Below are positions 1 through 9,753 of a stretch of DNA of 64,000 nucleotides, in pieces. The stretch's first letter is position 1. The number at the start of each line of letters is the position of its first letter. Position numbers and translations under genes: made by a program. Under the pieces are notes generated by a model. That model did no database searches. It saw nothing but the letters and a program-made list of their open reading frames with translations, and had not been told where the DNA came from. Origin of the DNA: Candidatus Omnitrophota bacterium (GTDB lineage: Bacteria > Omnitrophota > Gorgyraeia > Zapsychrales > JBAZNR01); the NCBI GenBank assembly GCA_041649175.1, contig JBAZNR010000001.1, positions 7,461 to 71,460 on the forward strand, given 5' to 3'.

Positions 1-469
1 CCGCGGCGATAACGGATGCCAAAGACACAAATCCGGTCGATAAAAATACAATGCCCCAAAGCAGAACCGATAATCCGAGAACCGGACGAATGGCAGTTAT
101 CTCAAAGGTGAGCCCAATTAAGACCCCCAAACTTGTGGCCATGCCCTTACCGCCTTTAAAATTTAAAAAAATAGTCCAGTTGTGCCCAACCACAACACAA
201 ATAGCCAAAAGGATCCGAGGCAAAACTCCTTCCAATCCAAAAGCATCTCCGATCAAAGTCACCGGGATAATTCCCTTGGCGACATCAATCAGCAAAACAA
301 TGCTCCCCGGAACTTTTCCCAAAACGCGAAAGGCATTTGTAGCCCCGACATTTCCGGAACCATGCTGGCGGATATCAATTCCCTTTAATCGCCCGGCTAT
401 ATAAGCGGTAGGAATAGACCCGATAAGATAACTAATAATTAAACTAAGCGCGATGTTGAGAAGAATCAT
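1..469 (-). CDS. plsY: Glycerol-3-phosphate acyltransferase PlsY, 5' partial at the window edge (its first ~26 nt overlap the pgsA 3' end)
   Basis: My own minus-strand translation: MILLNIALSLIISYLIGSIPTAYIAGRLKGIDIRQHGSGNVGATNAFRVLGK... This carries the PlsY GSGNxGATN motif and a polytopic membrane profile. Confidence 0.75.
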   Translation of the reverse strand, partial: MILLNIALSLIISYLIGSIPTAYIAGRLKGIDIRQHGSGNVGATNAFRVLGKVPGSIVLLIDVAKGIIPVTLIGDAFGLEGVLPRILLAICVVVGHNWTIFLNFKGGKGMATSLGVLIGLTFEITAIRPVLGLSVLLWGIVFLSTGFVSLASVIAA

Positions 470-1013
470 TGAGAACTTTCACTCCTTCTCTGATATATCC
501 GATGCCGGATATGACCGTTAAAATAACTGCCACGGACCAAATACTTATGGAAAACTCCCATTGCAATAAAATCCCTAAAATGCAAAGAACTTGTAAAAAT
601 GTCGTTGCCTTCCCCCACTTTGTCGGAACAATATTCAATTTTCCCTGGACAATATAAATGATCATTGACCCCAAAAGCAGAATAATATCTCGGCTAATGA
701 TGGTCACAACAACCCACAGCGGAAATTGTACGGCTCCGAAAAAACTTCGCATTTTAAAAAGACAAAGAAAGGCGCTGATCAAAAGTAGCTTATCAGCCAC
801 GGGGTCTAGGATCGCTCCGGCCAGTGTTTTTTGATGATGTGTCCGTGCAATATATCCGTCGATCACATCCGAAATAACAGCCAGCAAGAAAGCACCCAGA
901 GCCACATAGCGCAAATATTCGCGATCAGGCGAAAAGGAAAGTGTTGTTCCGATAAAAAAAGGAACGATCAGAATACGCCCCACCGTTACTTTATTAGCAA
1001 AGCTTAGAGCCAT
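444..1013 (-). CDS. pgsA: CDP-diacylglycerol--glycerol-3-phosphate 3-phosphatidyltransferase (CDP-alcohol phosphatidyltransferase family)
   Basis: 189-aa membrane protein with the CDP-OH transferase motif D-G-x2-AR-x8-G-x3-D-x3-D (DVIDGYIARTHHQKTLAGAILDPVADK). Adjacent to plsY. Confidence 0.8.
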   Translation of the reverse strand: MALSFANKVTVGRILIVPFFIGTTLSFSPDREYLRYVALGAFLLAVISDVIDGYIARTHHQKTLAGAILDPVADKLLLISAFLCLFKMRSFFGAVQFPLWVVVTIISRDIILLLGSMIIYIVQGKLNIVPTKWGKATTFLQVLCILGILLQWEFSISIWSVAVILTVISGIGYIREGVKVLNDSSQHRA

Positions 1014-1253
1014 TTAATCTTCAACTTCCAATAATTTTGTGTTGTCCTTGGGGCAATTTTCAACTCGAGAGCTAAAGTGCCTACCGCAAAGCGGGCAATA
1101 TTTTGATTTTATGTTTTGGCCGCTAATAGCTTCAGCCACAACTCCAACCGCGCTTTGTGCTTCTTCAGGAGCCGTACGCTTATCCGTGCTTTGGCAGCCC
1201 ATAACAAAAATCATCAAAAATGATACAACACCACAAATTATTTTGAAAGGCAT
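1014..1253 (-). CDS. Small putative lipoprotein with a C-terminal Cys-x2-Cys...Cys zinc-ribbon-like motif
   Basis: N-terminal signal peptide ending in the lipobox-like FVMGC. Contains CPLCGRHF...ENCP. Tightly packed between pgsA and lepB. Confidence 0.4.
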   Translation of the reverse strand: MPFKIICGVVSFLMIFVMGCQSTDKRTAPEEAQSAVGVVAEAISGQNIKSKYCPLCGRHFSSRVENCPKDNTKLLEVED

Positions 1254-1256
1254 AAT

Positions 1257-1826
1257 TTATTTAATAAAACGCATCCGCTGGATCGGCCAATAAATAAGAT
1301 CTGCTTTGCCGATCAAAAATCCTTCCGGAACAAATCCCCAATAACGGCTGTCTTTACTGGACGCGCTATTATCTCCCAAAACAAAATAAGAATCTTTCGG
1401 TACAATGATCTTTTGGCTTATGGCGCCAAAAGACCCGCGATTATAATAATAAATATTTTTGACCGGCGGTTCAGTGATCATTTGCCCGTTAATATAGATC
1501 CTTCCATCTTTGATCTCAACGGTTTCTCCGCCAAAAGCGATAAGGCGTTTAATAAAATCTCTTTTAGTATCTTCCGGATAAATGAAAACAACAACATCAC
1601 CGCGTTTTGGCTTACTAAAACCCGGTAAGCGTATTTTTGTAAACGGCACTTTAGGCCCGTAAGAGAGCTTATCCACCAAGATGCGGTCACCTTCTATCAA
1701 GGTCATGCGCATAGAACCCGTTGGTATCTTAAAAGCCTGAATAATGAACGTGCGAATAAAAAGCGCCAGAACAAGGGCGACTAGGATCGATTCTACCCAT
1801 TCACGCCAAACTGATTTTTTTTGCAT
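1257..1826 (-). CDS. lepB: Signal peptidase I
   Basis: N-terminal TM helix, catalytic Ser box (PTGSMRMTL), Lys box (KRLIA), and GDNSxxSxDSRYWG box E. Confidence 0.9.
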   Translation of the reverse strand: MQKKSVWREWVESILVALVLALFIRTFIIQAFKIPTGSMRMTLIEGDRILVDKLSYGPKVPFTKIRLPGFSKPKRGDVVVFIYPEDTKRDFIKRLIAFGGETVEIKDGRIYINGQMITEPPVKNIYYYNRGSFGAISQKIIVPKDSYFVLGDNSASSKDSRYWGFVPEGFLIGKADLIYWPIQRMRFIK

Positions 1827-1840
1827 AACTCTTCTTTCTT

Positions 1841-3631
1841 TTATAGTTTCAAAGCCGCTAAGAACGCTTCCTGGGGAATTTCCACTCTACCGACCTGCTT
1901 TAACTTCTTTTTTCCTTCTTTTTGTTTTTCCCAAAGCTTTCTTTTGCGCGTGATATCTCCGCCGTAGCATTTGGCCGTAACATTTTTTCCAACGGCACGC
2001 ACCTTGGCGCTGGAAATGATGCGCCCGTCGCAAGAAGCCTGCACTTTTACTTCAAAAAGCTGTTGAGGAATAAGTTCTTTGAGCTTTGACACCAGCGATA
2101 AGCCCTTTTCGTAGGCACGATCTTTGTGAACAAGGCAGGAAAAAGCATCACAAGGTTCGTCATTGATCAAAATATCTAGTTTCGAGATCTGTGCTGTCGT
2201 GTAGCCTTTAAATTCATAGTCAATGGAGCCATATCCTCTGGTCACCGATTTGATCAGGTCATTAAAATCAACAATAACCTCCGAAAGAGGCATATCGAAA
2301 ATCACTTTCATGCGGTCGGAAACATAAGTGCTATTTTGGTACACTCCGCGTTTTTTCTTGGCTAAATCCATAACGCCGTCCATGGAAGAAACAGGTGTTA
2401 GGATCGAAACCGTCAAAATAGGTTCTTCGATATGGGTAATTTCCGCAGGATTCGGCAATTGAGCCGGGCTTCTTAATTCCACAATTTCATTATTCTTTTT
2501 AACCACGCGATATTCCACGCTTGGCGTTGTCAAAATAAGATTAAGGTCGTATTCGCGCTGTAATCTTTCTTGAACGATTTCCATATGCAAAAGCCCTAAA
2601 AATCCGCCGCGAAATCCGTGGCCGAAAGACTCAGAGCTTTCTGATTCATAAACAAAACTTGGATCGTTCAGGCGAAGCTTTTCTACCGCTTCGCGTAAAT
2701 TCATAAAATCTTTGGAATTGACCGGATAAATGCCGCAAAACACCAACGGTTTAAGTTGACGATAACCTTCTAATGGTTTTTCCGTCGGATGATCTTTGGA
2801 AGTGATCGTGTCCCCCACTTTAACTTCGTGAGGGTCGTGGACATTGCACGTAATATAACCGACTTCTCCGCAGGAAAGTTCTTTGATCTTAACGGCTTCC
2901 GGTTTAAAAACACCGACTTCTTCAATGGTAAATTCTTTTCCCGTGTGCATCATCTTGATCGGCATGCCGTGCGAAAGTTTTCCGTTCATAACGCGGACAT
3001 AAATAATGATCCCTTTGTAGATATCAAACTTCATATCAAAGATAAATGCCTGCAACGGAGCGTCGTCATCGCCTTCGGGATGCGGAATAAATGTAACGAT
3101 CTTTTCTAAAAGATCCTCAATACCGATCCCCTCTTTAGCAGAAACTAAGACGATATCCTGTTCTTTGAATTTAAAAATATCCTGCAGTTCGCGCTTAACA
3201 TTATCAAGATCAATATTGGCAATATCGATTTTATTGATCACCGGTAATATCTCTAAATTATTTTGAACAGCCAAATGATAGTTCGCCACTGTTTGTGATT
3301 CCACGCCTTGAGTGACATCAACAACTAAAAGCGCCCCTTCACAGGCGCGAAGAGATTTTTCCACTTCATAGGTAAAATCAACATGTCCGGGCGTATCAAT
3401 AAGATTTAACAAATAATCTTTGCCGTCTTTGGCGCGATAATCGATCTTTACCGCCGAGGCCTTAATAGTAATGCCACGTTCACGTTCAATATCCATATCA
3501 TCTAAAAGCTGATTTTGGAATTTGCGTTCATCAATGGCGCCGGTCAACAACAAAAGCCGGTCGGCTAAGGTAGATTTCCCGTGGTCGATGTGGGCGATAA
3601 TGGAAAAGTTTCTGATCCGTGTTTTATCCAT
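1841..3631 (-). CDS. lepA: Elongation factor 4 (LepA)
   Basis: 596 aa. IRNFSIIAHIDHGKSTLADRLL G-domain, and a LepA-specific C-terminal domain. Classic lepA-lepB arrangement. Confidence 0.95.
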   Translation of the reverse strand: MDKTRIRNFSIIAHIDHGKSTLADRLLLLTGAIDERKFQNQLLDDMDIERERGITIKASAVKIDYRAKDGKDYLLNLIDTPGHVDFTYEVEKSLRACEGALLVVDVTQGVESQTVANYHLAVQNNLEILPVINKIDIANIDLDNVKRELQDIFKFKEQDIVLVSAKEGIGIEDLLEKIVTFIPHPEGDDDAPLQAFIFDMKFDIYKGIIIYVRVMNGKLSHGMPIKMMHTGKEFTIEEVGVFKPEAVKIKELSCGEVGYITCNVHDPHEVKVGDTITSKDHPTEKPLEGYRQLKPLVFCGIYPVNSKDFMNLREAVEKLRLNDPSFVYESESSESFGHGFRGGFLGLLHMEIVQERLQREYDLNLILTTPSVEYRVVKKNNEIVELRSPAQLPNPAEITHIEEPILTVSILTPVSSMDGVMDLAKKKRGVYQNSTYVSDRMKVIFDMPLSEVIVDFNDLIKSVTRGYGSIDYEFKGYTTAQISKLDILINDEPCDAFSCLVHKDRAYEKGLSLVSKLKELIPQQLFEVKVQASCDGRIISSAKVRAVGKNVTAKCYGGDITRKRKLWEKQKEGKKKLKQVGRVEIPQEAFLAALKL

Positions 3632-4328
3632 GGGACGGTTCTTTGATAAGCTTTAAGATCTTTTCAACGACTTCTTCAATTGATAAAAATGTTGAGTCAA
3701 TGACAATAGCGTCCTCGGCTTTCTTTAAAGGACCGACCAAGCGCGTCATATCTTTCGTATCACGCTCTTTTAAGTCGCCGGCTAATTGCTGTTCGTTTAT
3801 CTGTTTGCCTTTATCTTTTAATTCCTGAATACGCCGGCGGCTGCGCTCAGTAAAATCAGCATCCAAATAGAATTTCTTTGTCGCTTTTGGGAAAACCACC
3901 GTACCGGTATCGCGGCCTTCCACAACAATATTATGCTTTGCTCCCACCGCTTTTTGCCACTCAACCATAATGGCGCGCACTTTAGGCGCCCGGGCAATGT
4001 AAAACGTGCTATTGGTGACTTCTTGGCTACGAATAGCTTCGCTAACGTCTTCTTGATCAAGCAAGACCTTAAGATTCTTTCTTTCGTCTAGATCGATTTC
4101 AATGGATGTTTTTTTTGCGAGCGCGACTAAGGACATTTCGTCTTCTAAACCAATTTTCTGGCGCATCGCTTTAAGCGTTAACGCGCGATACATCGCTCCC
4201 GTATCAAGATAAAAAAAACCCAACCGCTTGGCAAGCTCTTTTGCAATTGTGCTTTTGCCTGCGCCCGCCGGACCATCGATGGTGATAACAACCGGCGATG
4301 AACTATTCTTAACTTCGTTCGATGGCAT
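3624..4328 (-). CDS. cmk: Cytidylate kinase
   Basis: ITIDGPAGAGKSTIAKELAKRLGFFYLDTGAMYRA P-loop/CMP-binding motifs. The ORF-track start at 4427 adds an implausible ~33-aa extension overlapping tyrA; start placed at the internal ATG at 4328. Confidence 0.85.
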   Translation of the reverse strand: MPSNEVKNSSSPVVITIDGPAGAGKSTIAKELAKRLGFFYLDTGAMYRALTLKAMRQKIGLEDEMSLVALAKKTSIEIDLDERKNLKVLLDQEDVSEAIRSQEVTNSTFYIARAPKVRAIMVEWQKAVGAKHNIVVEGRDTGTVVFPKATKKFYLDADFTERSRRRIQELKDKGKQINEQQLAGDLKERDTKDMTRLVGPLKKAEDAIVIDSTFLSIEEVVEKILKLIKEPSHG

Positions 4329-5172
4329 CTCTTTTTTCTTTTGATTTCTTGAACTGCTCGGTGAGATTCTGTTCATTGTCAGCCACGATCGACTTACGGA
4401 TCGCGGCGAGGATTTTGACAAATTCATCTAAAGATTTCAAGATATCCTTGGAGTTGGTAAAGCAAATATCGCGCCACATTTCTGGATCAGATGAAGCAAT
4501 GCGCGTTGTATCCCTAAGCCCTTGCGCCGCGTATTCCAGATACGAAGAAGGAATAGCCGCCATAAGCCCAAAGGCCAAAAGATGCGGCAAGTGACTGGTA
4601 AAAGAGAGAATCTTATCATGCTCTTCGGGCGAGATAATCTTTGTATTAGCTCCAAGCTTTTCCCAAAGTAATTTTACTTTTTCTAAAGCCGGTTTATTAG
4701 TTTTGTCCGTCGAAGCAATTAAACACCAAGAATTCTGAAATAGATCAAGCTTGCTAAATAGCGCCCCTTTTTTCTCCGATCCGGCAAGAGGATGACAGCC
4801 GACAAAAAAAGCATGAGACGGAATGTTTTTCTCGGCCGCTTCAACGATTTTCGTCTTACTGCTTCCCACATCGATAATAATGCAGCCTCTTTTTGCGGCC
4901 TTTCCGATTTCAGGCAGAAGTTGAATAATCGTCTTGACCGGTGTCGCCAGAATGATCAAATCCGCGTTTTCCACAGATTTTTTGATATCATGCGAGGCCT
5001 TATCAACCGTGCCATTTTTTAACGCGTGGACTAAGGATGCATGTTGGCGTGAAACGCCCACAACTTCTTGCGCTAAGCGATTTTTTCGCAAAGCCATGCC
5101 CATCGATCCGCCAATAAGCCCGATCCCGATGATCGCCACTTTTCTAAACATTGGATTTCTCTGTTCTGTCAT
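4309..5172 (-). CDS. tyrA: Prephenate dehydrogenase
   Basis: VAIIGIGLIGGSMGMAL Rossmann motif followed by a PDH C-terminal domain. Sits in an aromatic amino-acid operon context. Confidence 0.8.
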   Translation of the reverse strand: MTEQRNPMFRKVAIIGIGLIGGSMGMALRKNRLAQEVVGVSRQHASLVHALKNGTVDKASHDIKKSVENADLIILATPVKTIIQLLPEIGKAAKRGCIIIDVGSSKTKIVEAAEKNIPSHAFFVGCHPLAGSEKKGALFSKLDLFQNSWCLIASTDKTNKPALEKVKLLWEKLGANTKIISPEEHDKILSFTSHLPHLLAFGLMAAIPSSYLEYAAQGLRDTTRIASSDPEMWRDICFTNSKDILKSLDEFVKILAAIRKSIVADNEQNLTEQFKKSKEKRDAIERS

Positions 5173-5175
5173 AGA

Positions 5176-6192
5176 TTATAGCTCTCTTCCGACAGCAGCC
5201 GCGATCGCCTTAAGATCTTTGATCAAAGTCGCAAAATTCTCCGGTAAAAGCGATTGCGCCCCATCGGATAAAGCCTCTTCGGGATTTTCATGAACCTCGA
5301 TCATCAATCCATCGCATCCCGCCGCTACCGCCGCTTTTGAAGCGCTGGCAACCAAACCCCATTTTCCGGTGCTGTGGCTAGGATCAACAACAATAGGAAG
5401 ATGCGATAGCTGTTTAACGGCCGCAACAGCGTTAATATCTAAAGTATTTCTGGTGAACGTTTCAAAGGTGCGGATTCCCCGCTCGCAAAGAATAACATCG
5501 AAATTTCCGGCCGAAAGAATATATTCCGCCGACATAAGCCATTCTTTGATGGTCGCGCTCATGCCTCGTTTAAGCATGACCGGTTTTCGGATCGCGCCCA
5601 CTTCTTTAAGAAGAGAAAAATTCTGCATATTGCGCGCGCCGATCTGCAAGATATCCGCATATTTAGCGATCAACCCAACGTCACGCGGGTCCATAACCTC
5701 GGTGATCATTAAGATCCCGACTTTTTCGGCAGCTTCTTTTAAGTATTTCAATCCTTCTTCACCTAAGCCTTGAAAATCATACGGCGATGTGCGCGGTTTA
5801 AATGCCCCACCGCGTAAAACGGTAGCGCCGGCTTCTTTAACTTTCTTAGCAACGGAAAGGATTGATTCTTTGCTTTCGACCGAACACGGGCCGCCCATCA
5901 CCACAAGCTTTTTCCCGCCGATCTTAACGCCGCGGCCTAGATCAATAACAGAATTTTCTTTTTTGAATTCGCGGGAAACTAAACGGTACGGAGCCAAAAC
6001 AGGCATGACCATTTCCACGCCGCCAAATGCCTCCAAGGGCACCATACGCAGCGCGTCTTCCGGACCGATAAACCCGATCACGGTTCTTTCAACACCTCTG
6101 GAAAGATGAGCCTTTAATCCTAACTTCTCGGCTTTTTGAACAATATGCTGAATTTGCTCTTCTGTTGCATCTGAACGTAAAACAACAATCAT
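5176..6192 (-). CDS. aroF: 3-deoxy-7-phosphoheptulonate (DAHP) synthase, type I-beta, with an N-terminal ferredoxin-like/ACT regulatory domain
   Basis: 338 aa. The catalytic TIM-barrel region GGPCSVES...[19 protein letters not shown] is preceded by a ~70-aa N-terminal domain, as in Thermotoga-type DAHPS. Confidence 0.8.
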   Translation of the reverse strand: MIVVLRSDATEEQIQHIVQKAEKLGLKAHLSRGVERTVIGFIGPEDALRMVPLEAFGGVEMVMPVLAPYRLVSREFKKENSVIDLGRGVKIGGKKLVVMGGPCSVESKESILSVAKKVKEAGATVLRGGAFKPRTSPYDFQGLGEEGLKYLKEAAEKVGILMITEVMDPRDVGLIAKYADILQIGARNMQNFSLLKEVGAIRKPVMLKRGMSATIKEWLMSAEYILSAGNFDVILCERGIRTFETFTRNTLDINAVAAVKQLSHLPIVVDPSHSTGKWGLVASASKAAVAAGCDGLMIEVHENPEEALSDGAQSLLPENFATLIKDLKAIAAAVGREL

Positions 6193-6245
6193 AAATCCTC
6201 CTTCAATGAGACCATCATATTAAAATAATAGTAAGGCCAAATTGA

Positions 6246-6284
6246 GCTCTGCGCTAATTTTGCTTTGCAAAATTAGCGCAGAGC
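6246..6284. promoter_or_regulatory. Perfect 18-bp inverted repeat (hairpin) in the hisC-aroF intergenic region
   Basis: gctctgcgctaattttgc ttt gcaaaattagcgcagagc. There is no U-tract immediately 3' on the transcribed (minus) strand, so this is not a canonical intrinsic terminator. Confidence 0.5.
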
Positions 6285-6306
6285 CTAATGCTAATATTAC
6301 TTGTTT

Positions 6307-7392
6307 TTATAAAACTTCCCTTAAGGCTGCAATGAATTTCTTATTTTCTGCTTCTGTTCCGATCGTAACACGTATAAAAGTCTCTAATCCCCAAAATCCC
6401 ATATCGCGGACAATGATCCCTTTTTTTAAAAGGCCCTGAAATACTTTAAAACCATCCCGTTTCACATCCACCAAAATAAAATTTGTCGAGCTCTCAACAA
6501 AAGACAATCCCAGCTTCTTTAACTGCGCATACAGATAACTTCTTTGTGTCCGAATAAGCTTCTTAATTTTTTTGTAATACGTCCTGTCTTTAAGGCACGC
6601 CAAGGCTGCCGCCTGAGCTAATGAATTAATATTGAACGGTTCCCGGATGCGATCCAGCAAGTCGATCACTGTTTGATCGGCAATGCCGTATCCGACACGC
6701 AAACCTGCTAATCCATATATTTTTGAAAACGTCCGCGTAATAATAATATTTTTGTACGTCTTAAGAAGCTTGATCGTGTCCGGATAATCCGCTTTTTGCA
6801 CGTATTCAAAATAAGCCTCATCAAAGAAAACTAAAATATCAGGACGGATACTTTTCAGAAAATCATCAACTTGGTTTTTTGTAACGTAAGTCCCCGCGGG
6901 ATTATCCGGATTGCCGATAAAGATGATCTTCGTTTTATCCGTAATAGCGCGTTTCATCCCTTCCAGATCATAACGAAAATCTTTTAAGGGAATAAATTTC
7001 ACCGTAGCCCCGCAGGCTTTGGTCGCGATCTCATAAATAAGAAAAGACGGCCGGGCAATGATCACCTCATCGCCTTCTCCGGCAAAAACACGAACCGCTA
7101 AAACAATAACCTCATCCGAACCATTGCCAAAGATAATTTGCGACGGTAGAACTTTTAGCTGTTTGGCTAGTTCTTGACGTAAATAAAAGCAATACCCATC
7201 AGGATAACGGTTGATCGTTTTAGCCGCCTGGTTGATCGCCTTTAATGCTTTTTGGGACGGCCCATAAGGATTTTCGTTGGACGCAAGTTTAATAACGCTG
7301 CGCAACCCTAAGTCCCTCTTGACTTCTTCGATGGGCTTTCCCGGTAAATACGGCTTAATGTCGAGAATATTCTTTCGAGCAACGTTTTTCAT
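6307..7392 (-). CDS. hisC: Histidinol-phosphate / aromatic amino-acid aminotransferase (class II PLP aminotransferase)
   Basis: IKLASNENPYGPS motif and aminotransferase class I/II fold. It is embedded between pheA and aroF, so it may act as an aromatic aminotransferase. Confidence 0.8.
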   Translation of the reverse strand: MKNVARKNILDIKPYLPGKPIEEVKRDLGLRSVIKLASNENPYGPSQKALKAINQAAKTINRYPDGYCFYLRQELAKQLKVLPSQIIFGNGSDEVIVLAVRVFAGEGDEVIIARPSFLIYEIATKACGATVKFIPLKDFRYDLEGMKRAITDKTKIIFIGNPDNPAGTYVTKNQVDDFLKSIRPDILVFFDEAYFEYVQKADYPDTIKLLKTYKNIIITRTFSKIYGLAGLRVGYGIADQTVIDLLDRIREPFNINSLAQAAALACLKDRTYYKKIKKLIRTQRSYLYAQLKKLGLSFVESSTNFILVDVKRDGFKVFQGLLKKGIIVRDMGFWGLETFIRVTIGTEAENKKFIAALREVL

Positions 7393-7395
7393 AAG

Positions 7396-8457
7396 CTATT
7401 CCGAAACAGGATACGAACCTAAGATTTTTAAATATTTACATTTATCTTCCAGCTGGGCCAAGGCCTTCGCCACTTTTTTGTCAAGCCGGTGGCCTTCCAG
7501 ATCAACGAAGAAATAATAATCCCATGCCTTTTTCTTGGACGGACGTGATTCTATTTTCGTTAAGTTGATCTTATTTTGACTGAACGGCGTTAACATCGCA
7601 TGCAAAGCGCCGACTTTATCTTTGATCGAAAAAACAATGGATGTCCGGTCGCAACCCGTTGGAGGGACATCTTGGGTCGAAATGACCAAGAACCGCGTAA
7701 TGTTATGCGCGATATCTTCGATATCTTTTTTAAGAATTCTTAAGTTGTAAACTTCCGCGGCCAAAACTGAGGCGATGCACGCGGCATTCTTTTTTGTCGC
7801 CACGATCTGAGCGGCCTTCGTCGTTGACGCAACTTCGATTTGCTCGGCCTTTGGTAAATTAACTAAAAGCCAAGAACGGCATTGGCCGAATACATACGGA
7901 TTAGAATAAACGGTTTTGATATTTTCTAATTTTGTATTCGATAAAAGATTATGGGAGATCTCTAAAAGAACTTGTGAGCAAATTCTTAGATCAGAATCCA
8001 CCAAAAGATCAAAGGTGTGCGTTACCGCCCCTTCAATGGAATTTTCGATAGGAACAACACCATAATCCCCGTGGCCGTTTTCAACCCGACGAAAGATCTC
8101 AGAAATATTATCGCAAGGCACATAGTTCACCTGCGACCCGAACTTCTTCATAGCCGCCAAGTTAGAAAAAGATGCCCGCGGGCCAAGATAAGCGATGTTC
8201 AAAGGTTTTTCTAAAGAAAGCGACGAGGACATAACTTCCCGATAGATCGCTTCAAGTGCGGCCGCCGGCATGGGCCCTTTGTTCAATGCCTTGATGCGGT
8301 CTAAAACGGCCTTTTCTCTATCAGGAGAATAGATCCCTTTTTTGTTTTTGATCTTTTCTTTTCCGATCGACAAACTAATCTTCGCGCGCGCATCTAAAAG
8401 CGAAACGATCTGCCCGTCAATAGAATCAATTTTCTTGCGTAGTTTGGCTAGGCTCAT
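7396..8457 (-). CDS. pheA: Bifunctional chorismate mutase / prephenate dehydratase (P-protein) with a C-terminal ACT domain
   Basis: CM region (LRKKIDSIDGQIVSLLDARAKIS), PDT region (IAYLGPRASFSNLAA...), ACT tail. The track ORF extends to 8583, but that extension overlaps scpB; start placed at the ATG at 8457. Confidence 0.85.
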   Translation of the reverse strand: MSLAKLRKKIDSIDGQIVSLLDARAKISLSIGKEKIKNKKGIYSPDREKAVLDRIKALNKGPMPAAALEAIYREVMSSSLSLEKPLNIAYLGPRASFSNLAAMKKFGSQVNYVPCDNISEIFRRVENGHGDYGVVPIENSIEGAVTHTFDLLVDSDLRICSQVLLEISHNLLSNTKLENIKTVYSNPYVFGQCRSWLLVNLPKAEQIEVASTTKAAQIVATKKNAACIASVLAAEVYNLRILKKDIEDIAHNITRFLVISTQDVPPTGCDRTSIVFSIKDKVGALHAMLTPFSQNKINLTKIESRPSKKKAWDYYFFVDLEGHRLDKKVAKALAQLEDKCKYLKILGSYPVSE

Positions 8458-9124
8458 GAGAATCCCCCGATGGCACTTCGTTTTTATCTTCTTCTTTTGG
8501 TATTGTTTGTGTTCCATCCTCAACCGGTTGGGTAATTTCACTGCGTTCCCCGGCTCGAATAACCTCTTGCTCCGGCTGTTCATCCACCGGCTGAAGCGAA
8601 GAAAAATCTTCCAGCTTCGGCAGATCAGCTAATGACTTTAATCCAAAATATTCTAGGAATTGTTTTGTGGTCCCGTAAATATACGGGCGCCCGGGAACTT
8701 CTTTGCGCCCGACGATCTTGATCAAATTTTTTTCTAAAAGATGCGCCACAACTCCGTCACAATTAACCCCGCGGATCAATTCAATATCCAGACGTGAGAT
8801 AGGCTGCTTATAAGCAACGATAGCCAATGTTTCCAAGGCCGGTTTAGAAAGTTTTTCTTTATGCGTGGAATGATAAAACTTCTTTATGTAAAGCGCGTAA
8901 TCGGGATTGGTCAACATCTGATACCCGCCGGCGATCTCCACAATGGACATCCCGCTTTTTCTTTCCGTATATTCTTGCTGCAAGCTAACGATCGCGCTGT
9001 GGATCGCCGCTCCGTCCACGCCCTCAACGATCTCTTTGATCTGATCTAAGGTAATAGGCTTTTCACTCACAAACAAAACAGCTTCGACAATATTTTTTAC
9101 ATAATTATTTTCTGATTGTTCCAT
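8426..9124 (-). CDS. scpB: Segregation and condensation protein B
   Basis: NIVEAVLFVSEKPITLDQIKEIV winged-helix ScpB signature, with an acidic C-terminal tail. Confidence 0.85.
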   Translation of the reverse strand: MEQSENNYVKNIVEAVLFVSEKPITLDQIKEIVEGVDGAAIHSAIVSLQQEYTERKSGMSIVEIAGGYQMLTNPDYALYIKKFYHSTHKEKLSKPALETLAIVAYKQPISRLDIELIRGVNCDGVVAHLLEKNLIKIVGRKEVPGRPYIYGTTKQFLEYFGLKSLADLPKLEDFSSLQPVDEQPEQEVIRAGERSEITQPVEDGTQTIPKEEDKNEVPSGDSHEPSQTTQEN

Positions 9125-9753
9125 TATCGTTTCACCTTTTGTTTGTAGATTTCGTTTAACAAATCTTCCGTCGTTGAAATATCTTTAGAGCGCTCAATGG
9201 CCTTTTTGATCATTTCGAGTGCTTCCGGACGTTTATACTGTAGTTGCAGCAATACCGACAATGCTTCTTCTTGCCAATCTGGGACTGCAACCCCCGGAAC
9301 AACGCCAATTGCCTTATCCTGAATTAAACCAAAGCGCCCCACTTTTCCTTGAAGCTTGGCAATGATCTCTTTGGCTTTCTGCATACCGATGCCGGGCAAT
9401 GTTTTTAAGAAATTAATATCGCCGTTATCGATTGCGGTCGCAATTTGCGAGATGGGCTTATTTAAAGCCCGCACCGCCGCGCGCGGGCCGATACCGGATA
9501 CGGTAATAAACTGTTCAAAGAAATCTTTTTCCACTTCATTCATAAATCCCACTAAAACGGGAAATCCCCGAGAAGGATCTATTTGAAAATAATGATACGT
9601 CACCAAATCAATATTGCCATCTTTATCGATGCTTTCCTCAATGCGTGGCGAAAGCGCCACAGGAATTGCTACTTCATAATACAGCCCTTGAACATCAACG
9701 ACTAGCGTATTCCCTTTTTTTTCGATGAATTTACCGCGCAACCGAGCGATCAT
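9124..9753 (-). CDS. ruvA: Holliday junction branch-migration protein RuvA
   Basis: MIARLRGKFIEKKGNTLVVDVQGLYYEVAIP and HhH motifs (GIGPRAA, LPGIGMQKA). Confidence 0.9.
   Translation of the reverse strand: MIARLRGKFIEKKGNTLVVDVQGLYYEVAIPVALSPRIEESIDKDGNIDLVTYHYFQIDPSRGFPVLVGFMNEVEKDFFEQFITVSGIGPRAAVRALNKPISQIATAIDNGDINFLKTLPGIGMQKAKEIIAKLQGKVGRFGLIQDKAIGVVPGVAVPDWQEEALSVLLQLQYKRPEALEMIKKAIERSKDISTTEDLLNEIYKQKVKR

Noticed and set aside
51-404. Plus-strand ORFs (51..404, 182..388) at the start of the window
   Set aside because: They are antisense to a clearly recognisable PlsY coding sequence on the minus strand, their translations are low-complexity, and they have no RBS.
3624-4427. Long N-terminal extensions in ORF-track calls (cmk to 4427, pheA to 8583, SDR to 50066, ACP to 25373, SBP to 36301, Wzy_C to 43534)
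   Set aside because: The track picks the longest ORF, including TTG/GTG starts. In each case the extension overlaps the upstream gene and lacks family-typical residues, so downstream starts were preferred.
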